Positions 50,501-64,000 of a DNA stretch of 64,000 nucleotides are shown piece by piece. A model generated the notes under the pieces. The model had not been told where the DNA came from. It saw nothing but the letters and a program-made list of their open reading frames with translations, and ran no database searches. Location of the stretch: positions 3,534,001 to 3,598,000 of the forward strand of contig CM007990.1 of assembly GCA_002189035.1 (NCBI GenBank). The letters run 5' to 3'. Every line of letters begins with the position of its first letter. Position 1 is the stretch's first letter. The DNA is from Utricularia gibba (Eukaryota > Plantae > Magnoliophyta). Made by a program: the position numbers and the translations under genes.

Positions 50501-53025
50501 GTCATCAGCTTTGGCTCAACTAGTGAAGACACTTATCATTGAATTAAAAAATGGATCATGTTGTCGTCTTAGGTGGCAACTACTTTGAATTCAAATGAAT
50601 GCTTTTTGCTGCAAACTGCAAATTCCATTTTCATTTGGCATGGTAACAAAGGCACAGCTGAGCAACAGTGGCTAGCAGCCAGGGTAGCCGAATTTCTTAA
50701 GGTAATATTTGATTGAGGTTACAGGCACAGTGGTGATTTTCCTTCATGGTTTTTACCTAAATGTATGTTATCTCATTTTTCACTATATGTTCGATGTGAA
50801 AAAATCAGCCAGGATCTCATGTCAAGAACAATAAAGAAGGAACTGAAAGCTCATCCTTTTGGTTTGCTCTTGGTGGAAGGCAAAGCTACACCAGTAAGAA
50901 GGTTTCTCATGATGTTGTTAGAGAACCTCACTTGTTCTCGTTCTCATTTACCAGAGGTAAAAATTTTACATTTTGTAATTATTTAGAGGTCTCCTTTTGG
51001 GCTACTTAATTTTCTCCACTGTAATGCTGCAAACTCGAACTTTTCTTCACCATTGCTCGTGATTCCTCATTTGGCTCCAGGAAAATTTGAGGTACGTATG
51101 AACGAAAAGGTGTGGATGTTTTTTTTTTATTTTTTTATTTTTGTAGCCAGCGTAAGTCCTGAACTCTTACAATTCCATTGTCTAGGTTGAAGAAATATAC
51201 AATTTCTGTCAAGATGATCTTTTAACTGAGGATATTCTTATACTTGATACACATGCTGAAGTGTTTGTTTGGGTTGGGCAATCAGTTGACTCCAAAGAGA
51301 AGCAGAATGCTTCTGGGATAGGAGAGGTGCTGGCTATTGAAATTTTCATCTTTAATGCTTTTAACCCAATTTTTAGGGTCACTAACCAGCTAAAGCTGAT
51401 TACAGAAGTATGTTGAGATGAGTGCTTCTTTGGAGGGTTTGCCAATGAACGTTCCACTGTATAAGGTCACGGAAGGAAATGAACCTTGCTTCTTCACAAC
51501 ATACTTTTCGTGGGATCCTGCTAAAGCTAGTGTAAGTCAGAATTACTTTTCTGCTTTTAGGTAATGAAGCTCACCAAAAAAATTTACGATGGCTTGTTCA
51601 CATTGACGTTGATCCTGTTGAGTTGGATACTCAAATTGTAATGTCTGGTTTCTTTTACTTTGATGGCCTTTTACATGCTCTTTGTCATCTATTTTATTTC
51701 TCAAACAGGCCCATGGAAACTCATTCCAAAAGAAGCTTATGCTACTCTTTGGTGCTAGTCATGCAGCTGAGGTAAAATTTCTGTAGATGTTATTTTCAAT
51801 GTATACTGTTAATGAGCATATCATACTGTACTCAAATCCTAAATCACATTTGAGCATATTTTCTGTGGTTATTTATGTCATAATACCCATCATATCCATA
51901 AATGATCTGAGATGGAATTATGCAGTTCAGCTGCAGCCATAAAATGTATCTTAGGGTTACTTTATCAACTGTCCTTGGTTGATAGTATCTACTGAGAAAC
52001 ACTTGTGGCAGATTTCCCTTAGGTTACATTTTTTTTCCTTATGAAAGGATGTTTTCTTGAGCATTGTTAAACTATGTTCATGCATGAACACCATTAGAAA
52101 TGAATTGAAACTAATGTGTCTCACTTAATCAGGAAAACTCAAGTTGCTTAAGTAACAGTGGCCCTACACAAAGAGCTTCAGCTTTGGCTGCTTTGAATTC
52201 TGCATTCAGTTCATCCTCCGCCCCTAAAAGTGTTTCTTCCCCTAGGTCAGGAGGTAAGAGTCAAGGATCACAGAGGGCAGCTGCAGTGGCTGCTTTGTCA
52301 TCTGTTTTAATTGCTGAAAAGAAGCAATCACGGGACACATCTCCTGGTGGATCAATCCATAGCCCACATTCGGAGACAAGCACACTAGGTTAGCTAAAGT
52401 TGGATATGTATTAGTTTGAGTCACAATTCTATGTTTGCTTATCAAATATCGTAGTGGCTTTTTCCTGATACATCCCATCTTCTTCTTATACTGATTGTTT
52501 GTCTCTATTTAGAGTAATGTGTGTTTCCTGGTGATCTGCGTCTAAGTATCCTAAAATATTTTTGTGGTTTTTCAGTCGCAAGGTGTTCTAAAAGTGATCT
52601 GTGCATTCTAATGAAAATACTTCATTCAATGCTTCTTTCTTTCTCTTCTAGTTTCCATGAGAAGCCTGGATTCCGTCGACAGTGAAACCACTGACCCAGC
52701 CTTAGAAAGTAATGGGGATGGTGATACAAAACCAGACTTTGAGCATGATGAAGATGGATCTGGCATTACAACTATATTTTGTTACGAGCAGTTGAAGACT
52801 AAATCTGAAAATCCTGTAGAAGGGATTAACTACAAGCGCAGGGAGGTAGCAACTTGCTGTATGTTCCACGCTTTTAAAACCCTGATCAAGTATCACAATT
52901 TCCTTTCTCAGGCCTACCTCTCAGATGAAGAATTTGAGAGGGTCCTTGGAATGACAAAGGAAGCATTCTACAAGTTGCCCAAATGGAAGCAGGACATGAA
53001 CAAAAAGAAAGCTGATCTCTTCTAG
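47545..53025 (+). CDS. VLN2: Villin-2/3-like actin-bundling protein (six gelsolin repeats plus headpiece), one 1-bp frameshift in exon 5
   Basis: [33 protein letters not shown], the expected plant villin exon series including an 11-nt GKFE micro-exon (about 51080), and the headpiece ending [20 protein letters not shown]2 versus VLN3 not resolved. Confidence 0.94.
47601..47735 (+). other. U12-type (minor spliceosome) GT-AG intron
   Basis: 5' splice site GTATCCTTT, branch-site-like CACTTAAC at 47718-47725 about 11 nt before the AG, and no polypyrimidine tract. Confidence 0.85.
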
Positions 53026-55270
53026 ATACAGAAACGTGAGCCCTTCATTTTCTTTTCTCTCGTTGATGCTGTCCATGAGTTCAGGACTCGAAAAAACTTT
53101 CTACACCTACTTTGTTGCCACTTATCCTTAGTTATGCATAAGGTTGAAACATCATTTTCTATATCTTCCTACAAGCATGTACATATTATATGAATGTGGA
53201 TCTTGAGAGCAAGGTTACCACAGAAAATTGTATGTATGAATATGCTTCCAATGCAGTATTTGTTTACATCAAGGTGAACAGATAGTTGCAAAGAATTGTT
53301 GAATGTGGCTGGTCCATTCTCTGATTTTGTGTATTGTAAATGGTAGGATTGTGACTGAAGCTCATGCTATGTCAGTAGAAGATACACGTCATTGATTTTG
53401 CCAGGAGGAGATCTTGATCTTTACAGTTAACTGCTGAAATGGTCCCCCAACTCCCAAATCAATCTAACATCACTTTATAGCTGCTTGCTGTCTAGCTATC
53501 CGTCACATTCTTCTTAGTTAATTCTGCTGTGAAATCTGTGTTTAGGGACACCTCCACAGCCCATTTTCTAACATGTGAGTTTGTTCGTGAGAGTCTGAGT
53601 TTTAACTGTGCTTGTCAAGCTCGAATATGCTACGACTGTCTTAAAATGGGAAATAATGTATTCTAGCTATTGAGAAATGATTCTGTATTTTGAGTAAACT
53701 TGAAACGGATTTACTGGAGAAGACGACACCCCCACAACAAGCACCCTCTTCCTTTTTGTTCTGGGGGTCGTTTTCTGGATTTATGTTAAAGAATGCGAGT
53801 AATGGGATGGCTTCCACCGGAGCTTCCAAGTGACACCAAGTGGCATTCACGACCCCATGTGTCTTTTTTTTACTCCCGGCGGCCGATTCATTTGGGACAC
53901 CACACCCACACACAGCACAAAGTTGATGACCAAGTAGTCCAATGGATCGATGACCTGTCCACACACAATTATTTGGCAATCGATTTTTGCAACCGGAGGA
54001 GGATTCGATTCGAGGACTGGGGAGGGCGTGGGATGTGGGCGAGTCTGAATGATGAAAAGTCCCAGCGCCAAGGGGCCACCGTAATCGTAACACCCCATGC
54101 ATGATTGCTGCTCGCTCCGCCTTGGCTTCCTTGGACACACGAAGACAAAGGGGGCACCGCACCCTAAATTTGAAGAAAAAATACACGACTAGTTCTCATT
54201 ATTTAGTCTTTCGAATACGTTTAATCTTAATATTTCACATATTGAATATTTTTTTTATCAAACTATATATATAATCTACAGTATTCACTCTCTCGATATA
54301 TTTGATAAAATGGGGAATAGCACAACACACCCGCCTTGTTTAGTTGATTGGCGTTCCACTAGTTGAATGGATGGCGCGGCGCATTCAGTCCCTATTATTT
54401 TAAATATATGCTACATTTTCCCATCATGTTTCTTTTTTTATTTATAATTTGCAGAAGACTTTTTTATACCCACAAATAATATAATTATACATGTTGCTCT
54501 CTCTCTCTCTCTGTCTGCTTAAGTCTTACGGATTATGCATTTCAAATAAATGTATGTACACTTGCGAAATTCTTATGATACCAGTGTTTTCTTTTTCTTT
54601 TTTTAAAGAAAGCTAACAACTAAAAGCACCAGAATCGCATGTTTAAAACCGCCAACACTGCCCTTCAATTACGCCGTGCCGACACCTTTTATAAGCACAG
54701 AAGCATATGGCCCAGTGAAAATTCATTTTTTTAAAAGACCAGACCATCGGATCGGGTGGGTGACTGAGGATGATGCTTGCGGCAGCGGCAGGCAGATTCA
54801 TAAGAATATTGTACTAATAAAAAACCCACCATCTTTGTGCTGATTTGCCAAAAAAAAAAAAAAAAGATAACAAAGGCGCGTGGGAGCAGAGTGCAGTGCA
54901 CGATGATCCACGCTCAACATTTTTTGATGCATTTTTTTTATCTACATTATACAATTTAAATAGCCAAATTAATGGATCTTTCATATTAAATTTGTCAATT
55001 ACAACTCATAATCTATTCCCGGAAGAATCAGCGTCCCCAATCGATGATCGATGGCGAGTAGCTGCATTTTACTGCGATGATGAATCAGTGAGCGAAGCAC
55101 CGTGGCGGCGGGTGGGCACTGCGCAGTAGGATGCGGTGGCACCGCAAGAGAGATACGCAGCGACGTGCGGCACAGAAGACAGTAGCAACACGGGTGGGTA
55201 ACAGTGCGAGTACGGTGGCGGCCGGTCGGGCGCCGACAAAGCGCCGGGAGAGGTTGTGAGCACGGCCGCG

Positions 55271-55624
55271 TTGGTGAAATAGCACTACTGTAAAAAGCAA
55301 TTAGTTAAATAGCATGCTTTCGGAAATCATTTGTGAAATAGCACTTTTATACATTATTTCAAATCAAAAGATATATAATGGACTAATTAAAACATATATA
55401 TTAATTTCGTTTTATTAATCACAAAAATGTATAGAAATATAAAAACATCAACATAATATATATTGAATCGTAAAAATATATATTTGATTAATACATGTAT
55501 TTTAATCAGATCAATATATATTTTTAATCTAAAAAACTCATAAAAATGCTATTTGACAAATAATTTTTAAACATGTACTATTCAACAAATTACTTTATGT
55601 CAGTGTTATTTCACTAATTTACTC
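55271..55624. mobile_element. Mutator-like MITE with about 80-bp degenerate TIRs
   Basis: ttggtgaaatagcac...gtgaaatagcactttt is inverted relative to aaaatgctatttgac...gtgttatttcactaatttactc. AT-rich core with no ORF. The left tip is eroded and no clean TSD was found. Confidence 0.6.
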
Positions 55625-56760
55625 TTACGAGCACTGCCACGACCGGCGATTACGGATGCGAGTTACTGTTGAAATTTAACTTAAAGTCATGTTAAATTTT
55701 ATGCTTTATTTACTTGGATAATGTTGTAAAATTTATTTATGATGCTAGTTCTGCAATTACATAAAAAACAAAAAATATATTTTTCTCTCCAAATGATATA
55801 AAATACTGAAATGCAAGGTCGGTAAAAACAATCTACAAGATTGATAAAAAAAAATATGTGTTTTATAAGGTTGACATTATAAATAAATTTACTCTCTGCA
55901 GCATTGTATGAATAAGTGTTGTTTATTCATGCTACCCTTCGGATTAGCACACAAACCCACGGTACCAATGCACTCACCCAGGGCTGGGTCTGCCTGCCTG
56001 CCTGCTTGGGTAGACGACGATCAGGGATTGAGCAGGGCCGCAGTAAGCAAGATTATGAGGGTTTCATAAGCTGAGAATTATTAGGTCCAAAGTAAATGAT
56101 CATACTCAATACTCCTTATTGGTGCCGTGCCTGGCAAATTTGGAATAGCTGCCTGGCCTGTATTCTTATAAATATATTTTAAGTCATGATATTATTAAAC
56201 AAAAATATTCATATTTACACATAGTTAATAATAAAGGATAAAATAGTTTTTAACAAAAGAATAAGTTAAGATATTCAAATTCTAACAAATTAATTTTTTA
56301 ATTTTTAATACATATATCAAATCAATCACTACATACTTACAAATGACTATTAAGTTCATTAACTTATAAATCAATAATAATAAAAATAATGCAAAACACC
56401 CTCATTGCCTTCTAATTCCTTTCCATTCAACATGTGTTCACACATACACTGCCAAACCAATTAGGAGAGCCCCGGCCCAGCATACACTATGATATTATAC
56501 TATATTATATTGATACTGACGGGTGTTGTAACACATATATACCACATACGCACACACCCGTTGCTCTCGAGGGTGTTTTCTATTAAGCCAACCAAATTCA
56601 AAGGAAAAAAATGTCAAGTAACATTAGTTAATGCATGTGGAAAATGTGATTGAAATTTCATAGGGTTACTGCTCGGCCGACGCGGAGGAGAACGTGAGGG
56701 GAGGAAATAGGAATGGACCTGACCTGACTTGAAGGGTGCAGAGTGCCAATCAGTCCGCAC

Positions 56761-59700
56761 TTGAAAACTAACCACTACAAAAAATTCTTTTCAGAAAACT
56801 ATTCATTATGTGAATTGTGTGTATTTGAATTTATAAAATTTTACATTTTATTATTTGCATGTATATATGTATTATAAATATTATGATTTCTATTTCGTTA
56901 ATTGCAACAATGATTTTCAGAAAAATAGATTCTACATAATTTTTATTATAATATTTATAGAAAATATTTTGTTATGTGAAACTTGTATTCGTAATATCAA
57001 AATTATTAACTCAAGATTATTTATTATAAAAAACTTATTGGTTATTATTATTGAAAAATGATAATATATTAGTTATTTAAAATAATTATTTCCAAAGCTT
57101 TTTATTAAATTTTTGGGACAATTTAAATTTTCTTTTAAAATAAGGATTTCGAAAATTTTGAAAAATAATCATTCAATTTATATTATATATTATTCGATTA
57201 TCATGTCTTATTTCAATCGAATGTATTTTTATTTTATTTTAAATTTATATTATTTAAATCTAAATTATTATTTGGGTCGACTTTTTATTTTCTTATGTTA
57301 AATTTGTTATGCATCATCTACTAAAGTATTATTTAGATTAAATGTCTATTTTTATTTTAAATTTACATTATGTATCATCTGATACTAAAGTATTATTTCA
57401 ATTACGGAGAGTCTTGTTGTATGAATTAAATTTAAATGTGTGAAAAATTATTTACGAGGTGTAAAAATTAAATTCAAAACATGGTCAATTATATTTAGGT
57501 GGTATTTATTAAGAAAAATTTTCAAAAAATTAGATTTTTTTGGTTATTTTTTACATTTCAAAATACATATTACAGCATTTCCTTTAGAAATTAATAATTC
57601 ATTATGTTAGATTTGATTTGTAATGATATATACAAATTTGAAAACTTGTTTTTCGATGTTTTTAGATAGATTCTGAATAATACTTATTATCTATATTTTT
57701 TTTACATTCAAAATATCATAATGATCCAATTAATTATGATATTTTTAAATATAAAATATACTTATTCGATATTTTTAGGGGTTGTAGATCATTGCAATTA
57801 AACAATCACAATGATTAAAAATTTATAGAATTTTTTCTACCTCATGCCCACAGAATTCCCATGTAGGTAATTTTCTTTATTAATTTTTAAATTCTTTTTT
57901 TGGAGTTAGCATTTCAAGGTTCATTGAGAATCTAAATTTGCAGATTTGACTGACAGTTGCAATGTGTCAAAATTGAAGTCATGGAATCAAACAAAATAAT
58001 ATATTTTCAAAACTATTTTTCAAAATATTGTTTAACTATATATATCAAGACATTATGTTGATCTATACAATTTAATTTTAGCATTGCTTTCTTTCCTTAT
58101 GATCTCTAGAGTAAATAGGTTAATAAATATTTTCCTCAATCTCAAGTTATGCTTTGGTGTTTCGAATAAATACAAAATATTCGATAAAATGGGCGATGAG
58201 AAGATTAATGATTCATCACCGGAATAGGTCAATGCTAATGATATAGATATTTATATCATACATTTTCGTTGCGAATTATGTTTATCAATCTTGTCATTTA
58301 TTTTGTCAATCCTTCATTGTATTGATATTCCACTAGCTCAATTGATTCCAAAAACAATAGTATATGTTCTACCCTTCATTGACATTTATAATGAGCAAAA
58401 CATACTCTTTGATCTTAGTATTTTTTTTGTAATTACTATGTGTACTTATACAAAAAAAACTAATGGTTATACAATTCAAGTAAGGTATGATATTAAATTG
58501 ATTAGGAGTTTACGGAGTGGGTATGATGATTGTAGAATAGCTTTAATATGAGTTACACTACTATATAATCATCAAATAAATTTTCAATTAACGATAGTTA
58601 AAGTAGATAGTGTAGGAGAGACAAAAGTTAAAACTTTTCTACCAAATTTTTTTAATTTTACAATAAATGATTTTAGAATTGAAATTTAGTTTGATTTTTT
58701 TTTATGAGCAACATGTTAATTCATAAATAATGTTGTTTTTTATACATTTTTTATTTTTTTATGTATATATATACATATATTTTTTAATTAATTTATATTT
58801 TATTAAATGTATTTTATTTATTATTTGTATTCATATTTCATTCATTCAATATGATTATTTCTCTTTTAAATGTAAAAACAAAAAATCACTATTTGAATTT
58901 GTTTAATAATAAGACAATTTCATTCTGAAACATCTAGTCTCAATTTTTATCAGTTCCTAGAACAAAGAAATTTTGATGTGGTACGATGAGACGTAATATA
59001 CCAAGGGATGATGATAAGATTACATAAAATGAAGAACAAGAGTTAGAAATTATCAACATACGACATGGAGAGATATCTTCATTTCATGAATAAGTGATAT
59101 TAATTGAATTAATCCACAATAATCCTCCAATTGGAAGGAAATTGATTAACTTTGATAAAAATGAGATCTTTTGTGACCTACCATTATATAGAACAATTTC
59201 GAAAGATAGTCATGTTCGCTACTTGAAAATGAAAATATATTATCAAAAAGGTAAAATAAATTATTTTTTGATTTCATGACTGTTCGATTATTTTTTTATT
59301 GCATTAGTGAACTTTAAATTGTTATTTTAAATTATAGTTCAAAATTATCTATTTATATATTTTTTATAATTTGGTCATCATATGATGGGTATTATATAAT
59401 ATGCAGATTATCAATATTTTTAAAAACTAACATTATTTCTATTAATTATTTTTTCAGGAATCAAGTGACAATAATATTTCAATAGATGTTTGGATATAGT
59501 AGACGAAGCCAGTGAATATTTCAGTAGTATGCGTATTATGTAACTCCAACCCACGTACAAGTTATTGACAAGATATTCAAGAAAGTTGTCCTAAAAAAGC
59601 TATTCAAAATTTTGGAACAATGATTGATTGGAAACACAAAAGTGATGGTGTTATTATGCACTATGTGTTTTGATGATTTGGTCTATGTATCTGTACATAT

Positions 59701-61568
59701 CAACATTCAATATTGGTTACATCAATTGATACAATCCATTTATATAATACTTATAGAAATAAGCTACTAATCGTAGTAACTCTATCAACTAATGGCAAGC
59801 TTCTTCCATTAGTTTTTGCAATTGTTGATGAAGAAACCAATAAGTCTTGGTTATGATTTTTGGATAAAATAAAAACTTATATCGCCCTTGATAAACCCAT
59901 ATGCCTTACTTCAATAGGTATGAGTCTATAAAAAACACAATGAAATAGGTGTTTGCTTTCATGGAGGAATATGGTGGATCCCACCATTACTGCTTCTGCC
60001 ACCTTCGCTCTAATTTTTTTGATCATATAAGTCAAAGGATTTGACTCGTCTATTCATTAAAGATGTGTTGATAGATATAAAGAGAAATTCAATTCTTATA
60101 TGAAGAGAACTAAAGAGAAGAACAAGACTGCGATTGCATATTTGTCCAAGATGAAATCCAAAATATGGACAATATCGTACAATGGATGTCGAAGGTTTGG
60201 CACTATGAAAACCTATTTAGTTGAGGGGATGAATGCAATACTTCGTGGATGTGGACATCTTTCTATTATTGCACTTATATAGATATGTTTATCTCAATCG
60301 TTTATATTTATATTTTTTTATATGTATCAATTTAATATTATTATAAATTTACAAACGACTTTTACAAGATGTAAGAAATACATTTGTGAATGACTGGAAG
60401 AAGTAATGAAAGTTCAATCAAACAATGAAACATTGGTCAAATAAACACGTAGGCTATTTGATGTAATGAAATACATTTGATCATTGAGATAAGCCTATCC
60501 CACATGCACGATTAGAGGTTGATGATCACATAGAAATGATTTTCCATGTACAAATCGTAGGTATAAAAGTAAACCAATGGACGATAACATGTGTGTCGTA
60601 CAATTGAAAAACGTCACTTGTAATTGTGGGAATGGCAAACTACGATGTACCATTTTCACATGTTCAACAGGTACTCATCGAAGAAAATATCTTTCTTTAT
60701 TGATATTATAGGTAACATTTATGAATATATTTTCATGATAACATGTGTTAATTTGTCACTTTTGGTTCAACAAGTCATCACTAAATTGCGCTTACAATTT
60801 TAGTCACTTTGAGCTGAGATTCATAGGGCATTAGAGTCATTTACTCGGAACCATGATTCGACATGTAGGAGAGCTGTTAGCATAGGCCGTACTATAGTAA
60901 ACGATTTCAAATATCAATGAATAGTGGACAAAACACTCAAGACTAATCAACGAGGCATACTGATCAAACTTTATATAAATGTCATGAATATATTACATTA
61001 AATCAAAATCATAATATTTTATAAATAAAACTTTATAGTATAGTATGACTATACTATAATTTTAATAATAAAACTTTGTCCATATGTTTACACGTATGAT
61101 ATTTTCATTTTATTGGACATTTTTTTTAATCAAACAATAATGGAAATATAAATTTTTAAAACTTTAATAAATAAAATGTTTAATAATAAAATTTTTGAAA
61201 AATGAATAAATACTTTCAAATTAATAGAATTGTTTTTAAGGTATAAAGATTTATAATTCTAAAAAACCAGAACGATTATGTTTCAAAAATTTTGAAATAC
61301 TTATTTCAAAAGAAAATTTAAATTTTTCTAACAATTTAATAAAATGTTTTCTAAATACTTATTTTAAATAAATAATATATTATAATTTTTCATTAATAAT
61401 AACTAATTCTTTTTCTATAATGAATAATACTTAGTTAATAATTTTGATATTATGAATACATGTTTCACAAAACAAAGATATGTTATGTAAATATTATAAT
61501 AAAACTTATGCATAATCTATTTTTATGAAAATAGTTACTGAATATTAACAAAATACAAGTTATAATAT

Positions 61569-61609
<41 letters not shown>

Positions 61610-61702
61610 AGTTTTCTATATTCAGTTATATACAATTCACATGATGAATATTTTTCTAAAAAAAGGTTTTTAATATTGGATAGTTTTCAAAATAACTATT
61701 CC
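56761..61702 (+). mobile_element. Mutator-like (MULE) DNA transposon with about 410-bp TIRs and decayed transposase
   Basis: 56761 to about 57175 is the reverse complement of about 61270-61690. The internal transposase remnant (about 59460-60900) includes SIDTIHLY..KLLIV..PLVFAIVDEET..SW, GCRRFGTMKT..EGMNAILRG and a SWIM-like TCNCG motif. Confidence 0.82.
61574..61605. repeat. (AT)16 microsatellite inside the right MULE TIR
   Basis: Direct reading of the sequence. The left TIR has only a short tatat at the equivalent position. Confidence 0.9.
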
Positions 61703-62699
61703 GTGTTCACGATTGTAGGAGAGTCTAGAGTGATGGTGATACAATTCCAAATAAAAAACATATCGCCTTTGTGCAACGATACAAAATATTCGATTCTTGA
61801 TTGATTTTAAACTTCAAATATTAAAAAAGAATATTGATTTAATTTACATCTCGTTTTAATATATACCAAACAAGCTCTTGAATTTTATCTTTTACATCAT
61901 CAAAACTCTCAAGAGTCAACTAAATCTACATTTGGAAAACCTATGAATCACTTTTATTCATAATGATCTTGGATAGAATTGATTTTATATATAAACATAT
62001 GTCAAATTATCTTCTAAGAGAATTAATTTTTAAGAATCACTTCACAATTGTAATTGAAATTATAATTATACCATAACTAATTTTTAAATTATAATTTTAA
62101 TATAAATATTGTTAAGTTAAAATCATAACATAAATTATAATTTAAAAATCATATAATATTTCTATAATAGAAATAGTATATAAAAATATTTTTTAATTAT
62201 AAAGTTATAAAATATAATTAATAATATATATGAATAAATATGTTATTTAATTATCAAAATCAATTCTGATTTTTTATATTCCAAATATGAATTATTTTAT
62301 AGTAATAATTATAAAAAATACTTTCAAATATATATCGATTCTAATTCTATTAAAATTTTCAATTATATTGAAATCAATTTTAGAATGATTTTTCCCAACA
62401 TGGCCTAAACGTTTCATGTTAGTGTGCCGAAAAAGAAGTAAGGATGAATACTTCTTGAGCTTCAAAACTTAGAAAGACGTCACATAATTACAATTTTAAT
62501 TTAAATGAAAATATAGAGATTTATTGTGTATGCACACCCACCCCCATAGGGTATATTATTAATTGTGTGTATGCGTGTATTTGCATTAAAATAAATAAAT
62601 AAAATAAACAATGCAGTGCGCTACGCCATCGACTGATTGGGGGTAATTGCGCTGACGGCCGATAATATTGTTCTGACCATCACCTACCCCAACCCAACT

Positions 62700-64000
62700 C
62701 AACCCAGAAAAAGCAATATAAATAATATTGTTCATTAAAATCATTATATTAATAATGTTATGCGCCACTAGCAGTGGCGCTTTTATATGCACAATGAGTG
62801 GTGCCATCAATGATGGAGTCTTCTCTAAGGCACCTTAGGTAAGGCACCGTCCGTGATGGCGCATTAGATAAGCCACCATACGTGATGGTGCTATAGATCT
62901 GCTAAGCCCATACTTCTTCTTCTATATATATCTCACATATTAACAATTTTTTTCATTCATCTTCAAAGTTGAATAGAATCGGAGTTGAAGAAAATTTTGG
63001 TAATATCGTTTTTTCATTTTATAGTATTATTTATTTAAATTTTTATATTTCATAATAATTATACAATAATTGATTACATATATTTGTTTTACCATTTCAA
63101 AATGGATAAATACACTAGCGATTTTTTTTCATTTTTTTGGAATGCCATGTGATTTGCCCTACAATGAGGGTGAAAGTTCGCATACTCCTTCATGGCCTTG
63201 CACCAATATACCAAATGTCAATTATGGAGGTACTTATTTAATTACATATGTTAAGACATCCATTTTTTTATACTTATAATAATTAATTGTATTGTAGGTG
63301 TATCTTCAAGTCTTCAATTATCATTATCTTTAAATCATGATAACAATCCAAGTGTAAACATGGCTGAAGGATTCCCCATAGAAGGTAATTTTAGTGAGAT
63401 TAAGTCTTAATATATAAAATTATTATCATTAATTTTTTTTAAGATATAGTCGACCTTGATGATGACGGTGGAGACACCGACTCGATTGAGGATTTTGAAG
63501 CCCTACCAACAAATGTTTGTGAGGACGAAGCACTAGAGACTGGAATTGAGGCACCTCGTGCAGTACAATTGCCCGGATCTCACTCTCGACAATTCTCTGG
63601 GGTGTTTCGTGAGGGAGGAATACTCTCTATCCAAAACAATTTGGTAAACACTTTCGTATCCGAAGAATTTAAATATGGTGGCAAATATAAGCGATACGAT
63701 GAGAAGGTACATGTGCTGAATAAGGAAATTGCATTTGCTAGTAAAGTTCATTCCCAATATTGTGTTGCCCACTATCATATAAAACGAGGATATGAATTCA
63801 TTGTTCATGTTAGTCAGCCCACATTCTGGGAGGGCAAATGTGCTCGTGCTAACATGGATCCTAAGTGTTAATGGCGCACAAAGATTATGCGATCTGCACG
63901 TGATGGAGTTTGGCAAGTATCAGTTTGTGACTTTCCACATACTTACATGGCATATATGGATGGAGCGCAACATCGCAACCTTTCTGGTTTATTCATTGGA
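62700..64000 (+). mobile_element. Second MULE: terminal region and MuDR transposase N-terminus, cut by the window end
   Basis: Palindromic motifs (gcgccactagcagtggcgc) in the terminal region, then KEIAFASK..QYCVAHYHIKRGYEFIVHVSQPTFWEGKC and RDGVWQVS..PHT, typical of the MuDR domain. Confidence 0.75.

Noticed and set aside
53641-54186. 181-aa minus-strand ORF as a protein-coding gene
   Set aside because: No domain or family resemblance, and competing ORFs in other frames. Kept only as an unexplained island.
54100-54810. miR169-like fragments (gaggatgatgcttgcggcag; ggcttccttgg)
   Set aside because: Only partial similarity, and the pieces are about 650 bp apart and do not form a duplex.

Overview
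Plant (eudicot) nuclear DNA, with intact-looking genes separated by nested, decayed transposons. The species cannot be named from the sequence. Five protein-coding genes are recognisable: an ankyrin/tandem CCCH zinc-finger gene (OXS2/TZF7 type, minus), the PPR-DYW mitochondrial editing factor MEF1 (plus), a P-class PPR gene like At1g79540 (minus, split by a 1-bp frameshift), an insulin-degrading-enzyme/PXM16 metalloprotease (plus, 26 exons) and a villin-2/3 (plus, with a U12 intron and one 1-bp frameshift). A 43-codon conserved small membrane-protein ORF missed by the ORF track lies downstream of the P-class PPR. Splice signals suggest the PPR sits inside its first intron. Transposons include a full-length copia with TSD and a tRNA-Trp primer-binding site, a truncated relative of it, Athila-like gypsy remnants, a solo LTR nested antiparallel in a related LTR, and two Mutator-like elements. 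A decayed plastid rbcL fragment is fused to an Athila RT. I cannot demonstrate a new biological system. The best leads are the nested PPR/micro-ORF locus and the tRNA-Trp-primed copia family. All homology calls are from recalled family motifs read by eye, not database searches, and TE boundaries without a TSD are approximate.
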